Origin: an uncultured Candidatus Saccharibacteria bacterium
GTDB lineage: Bacteria; Patescibacteriota; Doudnabacteria; UBA920
Reading direction: 5' to 3'
Assembly: GCA_964532425.1 (NCBI GenBank)
Contig: CAZHIA010000001.1
Location: 270,846 to 334,845, forward strand
DNA: 64,000 nt
Shown here: piece after piece, positions 63,357 to 64,000 of the stretch
How positions within the stretch are numbered: position 1 is the stretch's first letter
How the letters are laid out: each line of letters opens with the position of its first letter
Made by a program: the position numbers and the translations under genes
The notes under the pieces: generated by a model
What the model saw: the letters and a program-made list of their open reading frames with translations, nothing else
Databases searched by the model: none
What the model was told of the DNA's origin: nothing

Positions 63357-63740
63357 AGGGAAGAAGGATAAGTGATCGTTAATGTAATTGACGGTACATA
63401 TAATTTTTCCTTACGCCTTGAGCAGCTTTTTCACCCATAGGAATAAGCAAAAGCGAAAATATTTTATGAAACACAACTGATGTTTTGTACGTATTATGAT
63501 TAACACATTTTAACCAACAACACTCAAGATACTTGACTGTAGAAATGGTTGTTTATTACAAATAAAATTCCCAATAGTCGTAAAGACTATTGGGAATTTT
63601 ATAGCCTTGTACCAGTCATCCGCCTCAGGCGGATGCCGGTACAGGGCATGAACCACTGGCCGATAGAAGCGTTCGTATTAAAGACACAGCTTTATGGCTG
63701 TGCCATGATACCCGATCCGCCAGAGGCGGAGAGTGGTTCA

Positions 63741-63956
63741 TGGCGGAGAGGGAGGGATTTTCGTCTCGGCTCTCTGCTGAAAGCCTCGTTGTCCGGGGCA
63801 GCTGAAGGGGGAGGGATTCGGTCGCCCACGGCGGACTTTCAACTCCCTCCGGTCGTTTCAAGTCTCGCCTAGCGCGACCCCGCCGCTATTATTTGCTCGC
63901 TTGCTCGCAAATAATTTTTCCCTTCGGGAAAACCGCTCTTTTCGAATCCCCCTTCC
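63741..63956 (-). repeat. tRNA-Ser 3'-end fragments embedded in hairpin-rich sequence
   Basis: Minus strand reads AATCCCTCCCTCTCCGCCA (63741-63759) and CGAATCCCTCCCCCTTCAGC (63801-63820); opposite-orientation TTCGAATCCCCCTTCC at 63941-63956. Confidence 0.6.
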
Positions 63957-63959
63957 AAT

Positions 63960-64000
63960 ATAAAATGACCAATTGCCGTAAAGACAATTGGTCATTTTAT
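63960..64000. terminator. Hairpin at the window edge
   Basis: ATAAAATGACCAATTG ... CAATTGGTCATTTTAT, 16-bp perfect arms. Confidence 0.6.

Noticed and set aside
50581-63759. Genomic island bounded by tRNA-Ser and the tRNA 3' fragment at 63741
   Set aside because: Wrong geometry (the fragment is upstream of the minus-strand tRNA), the sequences differ, and no integrase is present
63549-63872. ORFs 63549-63872 (+) and 63625-63861 (-)
   Set aside because: They run through hairpins and tRNA-fragment repeats and show no protein-like features
1-64000. Recoded TGA (genetic code 25)
   Set aside because: Conserved genes are full length under code 11 and several end in TGA (recO, virB4-like)

Overview
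This window looks like ordinary chromosome from a Patescibacteria (CPR) bacterium, Parcubacteria- or Doudnabacteria-like, using genetic code 11; the lineage is inferred from gene content. It opens with an accessory stretch of hypothetical genes (1-11.5 kb). Housekeeping genes follow (smpB, argS, HIT, type-2 ileS, recO, pcrA/uvrD, rsmA, radA, recG, tRNA-Arg(CCG), tRNA-Ser(TGA)), together with two ECF sigma/DUF5667 pairs. There is a CPR-type T4SS-like cluster (VirB6/TrbL-like, PrgI, VirB4-like, lysozyme-like) and a cellulose-type locus (GH8, BcsA-like GT2, GT-C membrane transferase, GT2, plus a nearby GH6). The most striking unexplained structure is a set of palindrome-bracketed single-gene cassettes. 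Two paralogous wHTH + PaaX/Cas2-like genes are each flanked on both sides by their own 34-54 bp near-perfect palindrome, and each palindrome family also occurs once as a gene-less solo copy elsewhere in the window. A RAYT/REP system, an inverted-repeat-flanked four-helix-bundle gene, several gene-less hairpin elements, and hairpins inserted in-frame into argS, ileS and rsmA complete the picture. All family calls come from motif recognition by eye; no database searches were run.
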